The notes under the pieces are model-generated. The model worked only from the letters and a program-made list of their open reading frames with translations. It did no database searches and was not told where the DNA came from. From a virus: a DNA stretch of 40,964 bases. Where the stretch lies: UHGV virus genome UHGV-0254298. One strand, given 5' to 3'. The position numbers and the translations under genes were made by a program. This document shows, piece by piece, positions 8,337 to 18,010 of the stretch. Within the stretch, counting starts at the first letter, position 1. Every line of letters starts with the position of its first letter.

Positions 8337-9707
8337 CTAATTATCATCCTTTATCCTCCTTATCCTCGCCTTAAGGGACTCCATAAGGCCATCCTGGGTC
8401 TCGTCCTTTACCCACAGCTTCTTTACCACATCCTCGTCCACCGTGCCCTTCGTTATCAAGCGGTGTATGATGACAGCTTCCGTCTGCCCCTGACGATGCA
8501 GCCTGGCATTGGCCTGCAGGTACAGCTCCAGGCTGGGGTTCAGTCCAAACCATACGATGATATGCCCACCTGCCTGTATGTTCAGCCCATGCCCCATGCT
8601 GGCCGGCTGGGCCAGAAGCAGCGAAATCCTTCCCTCGTTCCAGTCGCGGATATCCTGTTGTGATTTAAGGGTCCTGGGATTGTAGCCCTTGAACCTTCCC
8701 ATCAACCGGTCATAATCATGGCGGAAGTTGTAGAACACCAGGACCGGATGGCCTCCGGATGCTTCCAAGATTTCCGCAAGTGCATCCAGTTTTCTGTCAT
8801 GAAGGGGGATGACATTCCCTTCACCGTCATAGGCTGCCCCATTGGCCAGCTGCAGAAGTTTCCCCCATACAGCCGCCGCGGACAGGGCTGTGATTTCCTT
8901 GCCATCAAGCTCCAGAAGCTTCTCTTTTTCCAGCTCCCTGTACTTCCGCATCTCATGCCTGTCCATGCTGACGTATACGTCATTGACAATCTGTGCCGGC
9001 AGGTTTAAGTAATCATCAGCCTTCATGGATATGCAGATGTCAGACAGTTTCTGCTCTATGGCCTCCTTAGCACCTTCCTTTGGTGTCCAGGAATATACCG
9101 CGAACCCGTTCCTCCTGTCCGGAAGAAAATACCGGTCTTTATATCCGGTGTATGTCTTTCCCAGCCGCTCCCCCCGGTCAATCAGGTACACCTGGGGCCA
9201 CAGGTCCAGCAGGCCGTTGGGCGCCGGTGTCCCTGTCAGCCCCACAAACCGTCTTGCCAGGGGACGTACTATACGCAGGCTCTTGAACCGCTTCGCACTG
9301 TTGGACTTAAACGATGACAGCTCATCCACCACAATCATCTCGAACGGCCATTCTTTCCCCATAAGGTTCACTAACCAAGTTACATTCTCACGGTTTATGA
9401 CATAAATGTCCGCATCTGCTTCCAGTGCTGCTATTCTTTCACCGGATGTTCCAAGGACCTTTGACACCCTTAGGTGCTTCAGGTGGTCCCACTTATCGGC
9501 CTCCGTGGTCCATGTGTCATCCGCCACCCTGTAAGGTGCTATCACCAAAACTTTCTGTACCTCAAACCGGTCATATATCAGTTCGTTAATAGCCGTCAGA
9601 GTGCTCACTGTCTTACCAAGTCCCATCTCCATAAAGAGTGCGCATGCCGGCAGCTCTATGATTTTTTCAGTTGCATATTTCTGGTATTCATGCGGTATGT
9701 ACTGCAT
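8337..9707 (-). CDS. SNF2-family DEAD/DEAH helicase
   Basis: Motif I 'MEMGLGKTVSTL', motif II 'VVDELSSFK', and C-terminal helicase motifs ('LLAQPASMGHGLNIQ'). 456 aa. Confidence 0.85.
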   Translation of the reverse strand: MQYIPHEYQKYATEKIIELPACALFMEMGLGKTVSTLTAINELIYDRFEVQKVLVIAPYRVADDTWTTEADKWDHLKHLRVSKVLGTSGERIAALEADADIYVINRENVTWLVNLMGKEWPFEMIVVDELSSFKSNSAKRFKSLRIVRPLARRFVGLTGTPAPNGLLDLWPQVYLIDRGERLGKTYTGYKDRYFLPDRRNGFAVYSWTPKEGAKEAIEQKLSDICISMKADDYLNLPAQIVNDVYVSMDRHEMRKYRELEKEKLLELDGKEITALSAAAVWGKLLQLANGAAYDGEGNVIPLHDRKLDALAEILEASGGHPVLVFYNFRHDYDRLMGRFKGYNPRTLKSQQDIRDWNEGRISLLLAQPASMGHGLNIQAGGHIIVWFGLNPSLELYLQANARLHRQGQTEAVIIHRLITKGTVDEDVVKKLWVKDETQDGLMESLKARIRRIKDDN

Positions 9708-10050
9708 TCTTCATTTCTCCTACATAGGTTCTTGCATCGTCCATCCCTTTCACCAGCCGGTAGTTGCACCCCAGGCTGATAAGGCGCTCTCTTTGCCACT
9801 TCTGGATTTTGGCTACACGGCCCATCTGCTGCTTCAGTTCAACGAACCACACCCTTCCATCTGGCAGGATATAAATACGGTCTGGCACGCCTGGGTTTCC
9901 GGGAGACACAAACTTGAATGCCAGGCCTCCCATCTTCTCAATCTGTTTATTCAGCCAATCTTCTATGTCCTTTTCCAGCATTTCTATCTCGCTCCTTCCT
10001 GGACAACTGGACATCTCGCACGCGTATGACGTGTGTAAACGCGGTTTCAC
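9688..10050 (-). CDS. VRR-NUC domain nuclease
   Basis: 120 aa with a PD-(D/E)XK-like core 'DRIYILPDGRVWFVELKQQMGRV'. Typically paired with an SNF2 helicase in phage replication modules. Confidence 0.7.
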   Translation of the reverse strand: MKPRLHTSYACEMSSCPGRSEIEMLEKDIEDWLNKQIEKMGGLAFKFVSPGNPGVPDRIYILPDGRVWFVELKQQMGRVAKIQKWQRERLISLGCNYRLVKGMDDARTYVGEMKNAVHTA

Positions 10051-10097
10051 GTGTATTTACTCTTTATTCTTTAATTTAACAGCTCTATAGAGAAAAG

Positions 10098-10287
10098 TTG
10101 TCCAGTTGTCCCAAATTGCTGTTTTTTCCTGTATTTACAAGGCTTTCAAGCTGGACAACCTCCGGGACAACTTCAAAATCAGGTTGTCCAGTTGTCCACC
10201 TTGACTTCACCGAGGTTGTCCCGATTATTGAGGTTGTCCAGGGGGGTTGTCCAAGGTTGTCCAAGGGATTTCAACGCTAAATTGTCC
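10098..10287. repeat. Iteron array (GGTTGTCCA / TTGTCC), putative replication origin
   Basis: At least 9 direct and 2 inverted copies of TTGTCC within ~190 bp. Five are full GGTTGTCCA units at about 10182, 10214, 10232, 10245 and 10255. An AT-rich stretch lies alongside. The array is intergenic, between the VRR-NUC and primase genes. Confidence 0.5.
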
Positions 10288-12694
10288 TTTTATACCCTCT
10301 CTGTCTCCCGTATTCAGCCCCTGTGTTTATCCTGTCTCCTGACGATTCCCAGTTTGGAAACTTCGCCAGTATCTTCTTTATCATATAGGTGTCTTTTGCC
10401 TCCATGTTCTTAAGGCTGTTTCCAAAGCACTCGCACCATATCTCCTGACAGCTGACAAAGTCCCTTCGCAGGACCGCCTCCGGTTCCGGGCACTCGGTCC
10501 CATATAGGAAGTCCCGGCGTTTATCCAGGTCCCGGCTGTACCAGTCTTCTGGAAGAAGCGTATCAAGATACATCCGTACCTTTTCCTCACGTGGGTCTGT
10601 TATCATGGCTTCTTTCTGCTGTTTCAGTGCCTCTTCTGCAGCGCCGCCCGACAGTATCAGCTTCTCACCCTGTGCCACATGATACAGCACCTCCGCCCAT
10701 ATCTGGCTTACTTCCTCCTGTGTCATATCCCAGACACGCTTCGCGCCGATGCTGGGCACCCTCACGGGCCAGAACCTCCTGCCGCCTTCCACGTCATTCA
10801 GGTAACCTTCCTCTGAGTTGGTAGTGCCAATCAGAATGCACTGCCGTGGATGGGAACTCACGCGCCGTCCATAGGAGGCCCTGTAACGGTCATCCTGCGT
10901 GGTTATGAATCCTCTTAGGGTTTTTACGCCTGCGCTTCCAATCCCAGCCATCTCGCCTATTTCTATAATCCAGTATCCCTGCAGCTTCTCTGCTGCTGTC
11001 TTATCTCTTGTATCGGCCAGGTTGAGGGAATCAGAGAACCACTGTCCTCCCAGACGGGATATCAGTGTGCTTTTTCCGATTCCCTGCGGCCCGCAGAGTA
11101 CCAGCACCGTATCGAATTTACACCCGGGATATTTCACCCGGTGCACCGCCGCACACAGGGTCTTTCTGGTGACGGACCGCACGTACTCCGTATCATCCGC
11201 GCCAAGGTAATCAATCAGAAGCGTGTCCACACGCGGTATGCCATCCCACTCAGGAAGGCTGTCCAGATACTCTCTTACAGGGTGGTAACTCCGGTCATCG
11301 GCTGCCTTTGTGATTGCTGTCAGTATCTTTGCTTTTGGAAATTCCGCGTACGTCATGCTTAAGTATGCCTCCAATTGTGCGTCATCCGCATCCCGCCAGA
11401 AACGGGAAGGACTTTTCCATGGAACAGGACCCTTGATTTCCAGGTTATCCGCCATCTGGTTGAAACGAATGCCTTTCAGCCCCTGGTCATGCCGCATGAT
11501 GAGCAGCAGATTGTTTAAGCTGGGTTCCAGTCCCTTCTTGTCCTTTGACAGTCGGCTTTTCCAGGAATCATCCTCTTCCGTGTCGCATGTGTCAGAAAAG
11601 TCCTCTCTGGCCAGCTCCGCCCGTTCCCTGGCAACGGTCAGGGTTGTCTCCTTATCCCTTTGCACCAGTTCCATCATTGCCTTGTAGGATGGCAGTTTCG
11701 TCGTAGGAGTCCCCGGCGCCGCATCTTCATCCTGTATTCCGTACTTATGGATACGAACCAGGTCAAACGCATTACAGAGCTTCCCACAGGCCGGGTCCGT
11801 TGAATGGTTACTATATGCAAACCTTCCGTTCTCGTATATAACAAGCCCAGAGGCTGTGGAGCCCTCGGCATAGGTATATCTTTCTGGCAGGTCACACTTG
11901 ACGTATACCTCCGGCAGAAAGGCTGCAATGGCATCCTCCACGTCATAAGTCCGGCAGAATGCGCCAATCAGTCCCGTCTTTTCAGTTGGGTCACCCTGCT
12001 TCTTAGCCTGCTTTACCCTGGATTCCTTTGCCCGGCTGCTCTCCGGCCAGTAACTGGTATCCGTCCAGTCAGGGTACCGTCTCAGTATGTTATCCGCAGA
12101 TAACCATGGCAGGTCCTCATAATGGAATAAATATTCCCCATCTGCCGCCGCGGATGGCCAGTACATCAGCCGGGAAGGCTGGTATGTTGTATCATCGAAA
12201 TAATCAATTCCTATCTCCTCAGCCAGCTTCCTGGCTATGGCCTCGTATTCATCCGCTGTGACCGGACGGTCCATTGGTATCACGAACCTCAGACGCGGTT
12301 TTTCCGGGCTGTGCTTATGCGTGGTGTACATGGCATAGGCATAATAAGCTAAAAGTGCTATATCCTCCATGAGGCCCGCTGGGGCGTAATCTGCATCCAG
12401 GGTAATCAGCTGCCGGCTATCCACCGTATCTGCCTTACGTCTCCCGCCTTTCAGAGCCCCTCCAACAAACCCACCCACGTCCTTGATACGGTCCTGTTCA
12501 TCCTTTGGCATCTTCATGTATTCCGCCAGTGTCTCATGGGTCCTGACAGGTGTTTCCAGACGTTTCAATAGCTGGGACCAGGAATAGCTCTTATTCTTCC
12601 AGTTCTTTTCCATGCGGCTGCGCCCTGTTGCCAGGGTGATTGTCCCGTCGTGCTTAACTGCCATCCTGTAATCCGCAATGCTGGAGACCTGCAT
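10277..12694 (-). CDS. Primase-helicase, virulence-associated protein E (VirE)/D5-like
   Basis: 805 aa. Walker A 'VLVLCGPQGIGKSTLISRLG' in the C-terminal half, with an N-terminal primase-polymerase-like region. Confidence 0.8.
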   Translation of the reverse strand: MQVSSIADYRMAVKHDGTITLATGRSRMEKNWKNKSYSWSQLLKRLETPVRTHETLAEYMKMPKDEQDRIKDVGGFVGGALKGGRRKADTVDSRQLITLDADYAPAGLMEDIALLAYYAYAMYTTHKHSPEKPRLRFVIPMDRPVTADEYEAIARKLAEEIGIDYFDDTTYQPSRLMYWPSAAADGEYLFHYEDLPWLSADNILRRYPDWTDTSYWPESSRAKESRVKQAKKQGDPTEKTGLIGAFCRTYDVEDAIAAFLPEVYVKCDLPERYTYAEGSTASGLVIYENGRFAYSNHSTDPACGKLCNAFDLVRIHKYGIQDEDAAPGTPTTKLPSYKAMMELVQRDKETTLTVARERAELAREDFSDTCDTEEDDSWKSRLSKDKKGLEPSLNNLLLIMRHDQGLKGIRFNQMADNLEIKGPVPWKSPSRFWRDADDAQLEAYLSMTYAEFPKAKILTAITKAADDRSYHPVREYLDSLPEWDGIPRVDTLLIDYLGADDTEYVRSVTRKTLCAAVHRVKYPGCKFDTVLVLCGPQGIGKSTLISRLGGQWFSDSLNLADTRDKTAAEKLQGYWIIEIGEMAGIGSAGVKTLRGFITTQDDRYRASYGRRVSSHPRQCILIGTTNSEEGYLNDVEGGRRFWPVRVPSIGAKRVWDMTQEEVSQIWAEVLYHVAQGEKLILSGGAAEEALKQQKEAMITDPREEKVRMYLDTLLPEDWYSRDLDKRRDFLYGTECPEPEAVLRRDFVSCQEIWCECFGNSLKNMEAKDTYMIKKILAKFPNWESSGDRINTGAEYGRQRGYKRTI

Positions 12695-12708
12695 CCTGTA
12701 TCCCTCCT

Positions 12709-14694
12709 TTAATCCTTCTTATAAAATGGGGTTTCATAACCATCCCCGCGCAAGGGAAGTCCCTGTGCCCATGGTACTGGCCGTGCCATGATGGCTGTTA
12801 TCTTCTCCAGGGCATCTATGTCCGTTTCCGGCACATCCACGATAATTTCATCATGTACATGCATAACAATCTGATATCCTGCACCAGAAACACGTTCCAT
12901 GGTCACTGCCAGGCAGTCTCTTGCCGTGGCCTGTACGATATTCTCCACAAGCTTTCCGCCCCAGGTCTTAAGGCGTCCCCATTTCTTTGTTTCCTGGTCC
13001 ACACCTGCGTATGTTATGACGCTCTTTCCTTTCTCGTCATCCTCTATCCGGGTGTCATAATATGCCAGTTTCCTTCCGGATGGCAGTCCAATGAATAGTA
13101 TCCTGTTAATATAGGAAAAACTCAGGCCATGTTTCAGTTTTATGGTCCTCCGTTCTTCTATGGCTGTTCGGGCAGCTGCCTCCGCATTCCGCCATAACTT
13201 GCATATGTTCGGGCTGGCCTTACGCCAGTTTGCTATAATCATGGGTATCTCATCATCTGGAATGGTGCCCGCCTTATCCATGGCTTTCATGGCACCAAAG
13301 CCCCCGCCATACCCCAGGGCAAGCTCAGCCACCTTTCCCTGCTGCCTCAGCCGGCTTCCCTTCTTGATGTTCTCAATCGGTACATGGAACATCTGGGCAG
13401 CGGAGGCCTCGTATATCTTTCCGTGGGTCCTGAACACATCCAGGCGCCACTTCTCATCTGCCAGCCATGCAATCACCCTGGCCTCAATGGCAGAAAAGTC
13501 GCTGACCACGAACCGGTATCCTTCTGACGGGATAAAGGCGGTCCGTATAAGCTGTGAGAACACAAACGGTATCCCTTCAAACAGCAGTTCCAGGGTGTCA
13601 AAATCCTCCTGCTTCACCAACTCCCTTGCCAGGTCCAGATCAGGTATTTTGTTCTGAGGCAAGTTGTGTACCTGCACGATGCGCCCGGCCCAACGCCCGG
13701 TCCGATTGGCTCCATAAAACTGCAGGATTCCCCTCAGGTATCCATCCGGGCAGACTGCATGCCTCATGGCCTGGTATTTCTTAACGGATGTCTTTCCCAG
13801 TTCCTTCCGTATTTGCAGCATCCTCAGTCCTGGAAGGACATCATGTGTGGTTTTCAATTCCTTCAGCTGTGCCTCAATCACCGGTATGCTGTCCTTCGTG
13901 ATACTGGGAACATCAAGCCCGTATGTCATAAAAAACCACATCTTCAATTGGGGCAAACTGTTCGGATTATTAAGTCCCGTGAGTTTCCTTGCCTCCTGCT
14001 TCAGTCGCTCCTGGTAAATCCCGTCATACCGGATTATCTTATCTGCCAGATCCATATCCAGACGTACACCATGGTCATTGATGTGCTGGTCCAGGTTCCA
14101 CAATTCCTGCTCCTGCCTGGTGACTGGGTATATCTGCAGCTTTTCGCGGATGGTTGCCTCGGCTACCACATCCTGCCTGTTGTACTCAATAAACAACTGC
14201 CATTTATCCGGGGCGTGTTCCGGGAGGTTTCTGGTACGCATTCCATTGGTCTTGGTCGGCTTACAGGGCTTGCAGAAGTACTGTATCAGGCTTTTACCTA
14301 TCTTATCCTTCTGCTTATCCTCCGGAAGCCCCAGGGCTTCTCCTACCCCTCCCAGTGTCTCTGGAAGACCCAGGGTGGCCGCATGTACTGCCGTGCACCG
14401 CCACTGCTCCGGGGGCATCGGCCTGCCCAGCCAGGAGGCAAGGCAGGTCCTTTCAAAGTTGGCATTATATGCCGTCTTGATTACATCCGGACTGTACAGG
14501 CCTTCCCAGAAATCTGGGAAATCCTGTTCCGGGTCCGCCAATGGATTCGTCAGGTCAATCACCTTCACGCCCTGCCCGTCATACCGGTATCCTATCAACA
14601 GTATCTCGAAGTCAGGGGCGGATGCATATGCATACACCCCTGCCTTCCTAATATCAATGCTGGAATAGGTTTCTATGTCCACATTCATTGTCAT
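12709..14694 (-). CDS. Family A DNA polymerase (Pol I-like) with 3'-5' exonuclease domain
   Basis: Exo I 'VDIETYS', motif A 'DFSAIEARVIAWL', motif B 'RQQGKVAELALGYGGG', motif C 'VHDEIIV'. Confidence 0.9.
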   Translation of the reverse strand: MTMNVDIETYSSIDIRKAGVYAYASAPDFEILLIGYRYDGQGVKVIDLTNPLADPEQDFPDFWEGLYSPDVIKTAYNANFERTCLASWLGRPMPPEQWRCTAVHAATLGLPETLGGVGEALGLPEDKQKDKIGKSLIQYFCKPCKPTKTNGMRTRNLPEHAPDKWQLFIEYNRQDVVAEATIREKLQIYPVTRQEQELWNLDQHINDHGVRLDMDLADKIIRYDGIYQERLKQEARKLTGLNNPNSLPQLKMWFFMTYGLDVPSITKDSIPVIEAQLKELKTTHDVLPGLRMLQIRKELGKTSVKKYQAMRHAVCPDGYLRGILQFYGANRTGRWAGRIVQVHNLPQNKIPDLDLARELVKQEDFDTLELLFEGIPFVFSQLIRTAFIPSEGYRFVVSDFSAIEARVIAWLADEKWRLDVFRTHGKIYEASAAQMFHVPIENIKKGSRLRQQGKVAELALGYGGGFGAMKAMDKAGTIPDDEIPMIIANWRKASPNICKLWRNAEAAARTAIEERRTIKLKHGLSFSYINRILFIGLPSGRKLAYYDTRIEDDEKGKSVITYAGVDQETKKWGRLKTWGGKLVENIVQATARDCLAVTMERVSGAGYQIVMHVHDEIIVDVPETDIDALEKITAIMARPVPWAQGLPLRGDGYETPFYKKD

Positions 14695-14700
14695 AAGTCA

Positions 14701-15279
14701 TCATCCTAACAGGTCATCATCAAATCCGTCGTCGCTGTCCTCAAAGTCACTGATTGCGGAATCCACCGTGATGGTCCCTCCAAGCGGCTCATCGTCCCTT
14801 TTCTTCTTAAGGGCGTTCAAACCTACGGCGATACCCTTGTTACCATTGCTGTTGAAGGGAAAGAAATTGATAGAGGCCTGTCCCCAGCATCCGCTGTACA
14901 TCTCAGTCTGGTCAAGTATCTCATTGTTGTCCTGGTCCAGAAGGATGGGCTTACGGTTGCTGTTCGCATTCATGAAATACATCCCTGTGTATTCCGGGTA
15001 ATCATCCGCACGTTCCTCGTCACCGTCACGCAGCGGGAGCTTAAGACCGGCGGTCTTACCCTTGAACTTGTTGGCGGCGCCTTCCTTCTTTGCCGCTTCG
15101 ATGGCTTCCTTAATCTTGCCTAATGTTTTTTTGTCGGACTTGGGAATCAGCAGGCAGACGGAGTAACGCTTCTCCTGCCCTTCCTGGGCTGCCCATGGCT
15201 CAAATACATGTAAATATGAAAATCTTACGGTCCCGGTAGTCACCTTGGTTGCTTTTCTCTCTTCGCTCATAATATTCAA
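14701..15279 (-). CDS. DUF2815-like protein (putative ssDNA-binding) with an acidic C-terminal tail
   Basis: 192 aa ending 'DSDDGFDDDLLG'. Conserved position between the DUF2800 nuclease and the polymerase. Confidence 0.5.
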   Translation of the reverse strand: MNIMSEERKATKVTTGTVRFSYLHVFEPWAAQEGQEKRYSVCLLIPKSDKKTLGKIKEAIEAAKKEGAANKFKGKTAGLKLPLRDGDEERADDYPEYTGMYFMNANSNRKPILLDQDNNEILDQTEMYSGCWGQASINFFPFNSNGNKGIAVGLNALKKKRDDEPLGGTITVDSAISDFEDSDDGFDDDLLG

Positions 15280-15287
15280 TCTCCTTT

Positions 15288-16463
15288 TTATTCGTCCATT
15301 TTATTGTCAAAATCCTGCTTTGCTTCGGCTACTCTATTCAGTTCCGGTCGTTTGTCCGATTCCGGTGCGAGGGTCGGTTTCCCTTCTGGCTTAATGACCA
15401 GGCCAGACAGCAGCTCCTCGAATTTCTTCTTTCCAATCAGTTTTGTCATCTCCGTAATGCCTATAAGCTCCTGCGGCTTATAGATTTCGTCATCTTCCCA
15501 GCCCTCTGTTGTCAGACGCATAGCAATTGCATCCTGGTCGGTATACCTCCGACGGCTGGTGCCTTCCACCAGCTTCCAGCCTTCATATTTCGTTCCCTTA
15601 AGGGCTTCTGCCAGGGCAAATCCTGTGACGTCCTTCACCCAGTGGTCAAGCTCGTCGGCCCTCCTGAGTACTTCCCCTATTTCCTCGTCAGTGAGGAGAG
15701 CCGGGTCAACGAAGTCCAGCTTCGTCAATTCCAGGTTATACTCTGCACGGGCCCTGCAGGTGACTCTGGCCTTGCAGAACCGGCAGTGGTCTCCTACCTT
15801 GAACTCCCCTTCCCCGGCATAAGCCTGCGCCGCCTTCGGCCGTACCTCTCGTTCCGCCCAGTCTAACAACTCCTCCGCTGTCAGCTCCTCCACGGAGATG
15901 TTTTCCAGGCGGGGCTGGATAATGGTCATCTGTATCCTGCGGATGTCATACAGCATGGAATGTTCCAGGTAAGCACCAAGGCCATATAGCCTGAGCTGCG
16001 GGTTGTCCTTTGCAGATACCCCCACGCCCTTGCCATATTTCAGGTCAATGATGTTGACCATATCATCCGCTACAATTACAACATCCCCCGTCCCAAACCC
16101 ATCCGGGACATACTCGGAGACATCCAGACGCTGCTCGAACAGTACCCGGGCATCCGGGCAGGCGGCTTTCACCTCATTGGCAATCTCCCAGACACGCTGG
16201 GTGTAGTCTTCTATGTAATCCTGCATCTCCCTGTTGTACATCGGGTCAGCCTTGATTTTATTAAACCGGGTTGAGAATGCCTTTTTGCTTATCTCTCCAT
16301 TGTTGTAACGCAGGATGATTTCCGCCAGATTGTGGGCCAGGGTTCCCTCAGCGGCATACTCGCTGCCGCTATCAGGGAACTGCTCTTCCAATCTTACGGA
16401 GGGAGGGCAGGACATCCACCGCTTAGCACTGCTTGCACTCAGCCTTGCATGTGTATCCGGCAT
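15288..16463 (-). CDS. PD-(D/E)XK nuclease, DUF2800/Cas4-like exonuclease
   Basis: Core 'IIDLKYGKG' and a C-terminal Cys cluster 'CRFCKARVTCRARAEY'. Confidence 0.7.
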   Translation of the reverse strand: MPDTHARLSASSAKRWMSCPPSVRLEEQFPDSGSEYAAEGTLAHNLAEIILRYNNGEISKKAFSTRFNKIKADPMYNREMQDYIEDYTQRVWEIANEVKAACPDARVLFEQRLDVSEYVPDGFGTGDVVIVADDMVNIIDLKYGKGVGVSAKDNPQLRLYGLGAYLEHSMLYDIRRIQMTIIQPRLENISVEELTAEELLDWAEREVRPKAAQAYAGEGEFKVGDHCRFCKARVTCRARAEYNLELTKLDFVDPALLTDEEIGEVLRRADELDHWVKDVTGFALAEALKGTKYEGWKLVEGTSRRRYTDQDAIAMRLTTEGWEDDEIYKPQELIGITEMTKLIGKKKFEELLSGLVIKPEGKPTLAPESDKRPELNRVAEAKQDFDNKMDE

Positions 16464-16867
16464 TACAGCTCACCCGCCTTCTGCATAAGCTCTGTATACC
16501 TATCCTCAGGGACTTCCGTCAGTTTCTTCACACCAAACCCGGCTATCAGTTCCTGTACCTTCGCACGCTTCCCTGCCTTCTGCAGCTCTGACAGCTTCTC
16601 CCGGACCTGTACCAGGGTGTATCCTGGTCCTTCATCCTTCTGTTCTGTCGCAGGTTCCGTGGGTTCATTGGCATCCTCATCCGCAGGCGTTTCTCTGTCT
16701 TCTGATATTTCATCCTGCATGCATGTTTGCTGTTTGGTTTCGGATGTCCTATATATATCTTCCCCCTTTATAAATTCCTGCACAGCTCCCTGGATACTAC
16801 CTCCGTTTAACTTACCCGCAAACTCCTGCATCTCCTCTAAACTTTCAAATACGGCTGTGATTGTCAT
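16463..16867 (-). CDS. Hypothetical protein
   Basis: 134 aa with an acidic middle. Confidence 0.4.
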   Translation of the reverse strand: MTITAVFESLEEMQEFAGKLNGGSIQGAVQEFIKGEDIYRTSETKQQTCMQDEISEDRETPADEDANEPTEPATEQKDEGPGYTLVQVREKLSELQKAGKRAKVQELIAGFGVKKLTEVPEDRYTELMQKAGEL

Positions 16868-17082
16868 ATCTCAATTCCTCCTATACTTTCTTTTAGGTAT
16901 TCCATCTCTTCTTTTGACAGTGTGATTCCTTTTGTCATCTCTGACCGGTCCTTATTCCATCCCCGGATGTCGTACTTGGCTTTCCGGTCTCCCCATTCAA
17001 TCAGATTCAGCTCCTTGTGCCATTTTCCGACCGCAGGAAGCACAGCCAGATTCTGGATGATGTTGTATTTCAAATCCGGCAT
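16864..17082 (-). CDS. PC4/YdbC-like small ssDNA-binding protein
   Basis: 72 aa. 'WHKELNLIEWGDRKAKYDIRGWNKDRSEMTKGITLSKEE' resembles the YdbC/PC4-like family. I recognised this from memory of the family and did not confirm it by a search. Confidence 0.4.
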   Translation of the reverse strand: MPDLKYNIIQNLAVLPAVGKWHKELNLIEWGDRKAKYDIRGWNKDRSEMTKGITLSKEEMEYLKESIGGIEI

Positions 17083-17131
17083 TGATTTTTCCTCCTTTCT
17101 CTCTTATACTAAGGTTGTAAATAATTTTTAG

Positions 17132-17332
17132 TTATTGGACCTCTCCGCGGTTGCCGCCGCTGGGGTCCATATTTTTGTCCAGACTTATGCCCTCTCTTTT
17201 TTCCAGATTCTCTATCTTTTGAAACGCCGCGTCAATCGCTCTCTGGTAATCCTCTTCCAGGTATGCAGGGATACTCACTGCCTGCTCGTCCAACAGCTCC
17301 ATCATAATCCGAATCTTTCGTTCTCTTGTCAT
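17132..17332 (-). CDS. Hypothetical protein
   Basis: 66-aa ORF. Confidence 0.35.
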   Translation of the reverse strand: MTRERKIRIMMELLDEQAVSIPAYLEEDYQRAIDAAFQKIENLEKREGISLDKNMDPSGGNRGEVQ

Positions 17333-17348
17333 CTCGCTTCACCTCCTT

Positions 17349-17615
17349 TTACAACCTCACGCCCATGGCCAGCGCCATGACCACGATAGCTATCATCCAC
17401 ATCCCCAGCAGCCAGATGACCGCCGGCACAATCCACTTGGCTGCCGTCATAATGGGGCCGTCCCCGCGTCTCCTACGGTGCCGCACCTCAATCACCCGCT
17501 CCATACCCATGACATGGGTCAGTGCTATGGTAGCCGGTCCTACAAAATCCACACGCCAGCCGGGATACTGGACCGCTGCTTTGGTGCGGATGGCTAACTC
17601 AGTTACTTTTGTCAT
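17349..17615 (-). CDS. Small membrane protein
   Basis: 88 aa with a C-terminal hydrophobic helix 'AVIWLLGMWMIAIVVMALAMGV'. Confidence 0.4.
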   Translation of the reverse strand: MTKVTELAIRTKAAVQYPGWRVDFVGPATIALTHVMGMERVIEVRHRRRRGDGPIMTAAKWIVPAVIWLLGMWMIAIVVMALAMGVRL

Positions 17616-17842
17616 TGGCTTGTCCCTCCTTCCTCTATTTCGGCTACCGGATACGTCATAATAAATCGTTCCAGGTCACTCCCTCGTATCTTCCGCTGGC
17701 CCAGGAGCAAAGACGGAAGCTTCTTTGTACTGATAAGCTCATACACCTTGGTTGGGTTAACCTTGAGCACGCCTGCCGCCTCCTTGACTGTGTAGATTGG
17801 CTTGTAAGGTTCCACCATCGCTTTTATCCTCCTTCCTCTCAT
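17612..17842 (-). CDS. HTH DNA-binding protein (excisionase/MerR-like HTH_17)
   Basis: 'VKEAAGVLKVNPTKVYELISTKKLPSLLLGQRKIRGSDLERFI'. Confidence 0.5.
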   Translation of the reverse strand: MRGRRIKAMVEPYKPIYTVKEAAGVLKVNPTKVYELISTKKLPSLLLGQRKIRGSDLERFIMTYPVAEIEEGGTSQ

Positions 17843-18010
17843 AGTCCTTGCACGGATACCACCGTGTCCGCTCCGGGCACCAGCTATGCCGGCAGGTCTT
17901 GCATGTCGTGTTGATATGTACCGCCTCCCTCGTTGCGTTTTGTCCCCCTCCTTGGTATACTATACTTACAGGCTCCTGCCAGAGCCGAGTACAAAGGAAA
18001 GGAGAAGCTT

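Noticed and set aside
13666-14709. 347-aa plus-strand ORF antisense to the DNA polymerase (also 13142..13657, 14078..14668)
   Set aside because: The region is fully occupied by the polymerase, which has unambiguous motifs A, B and C. The antisense product has Cys/Leu-rich junk composition.
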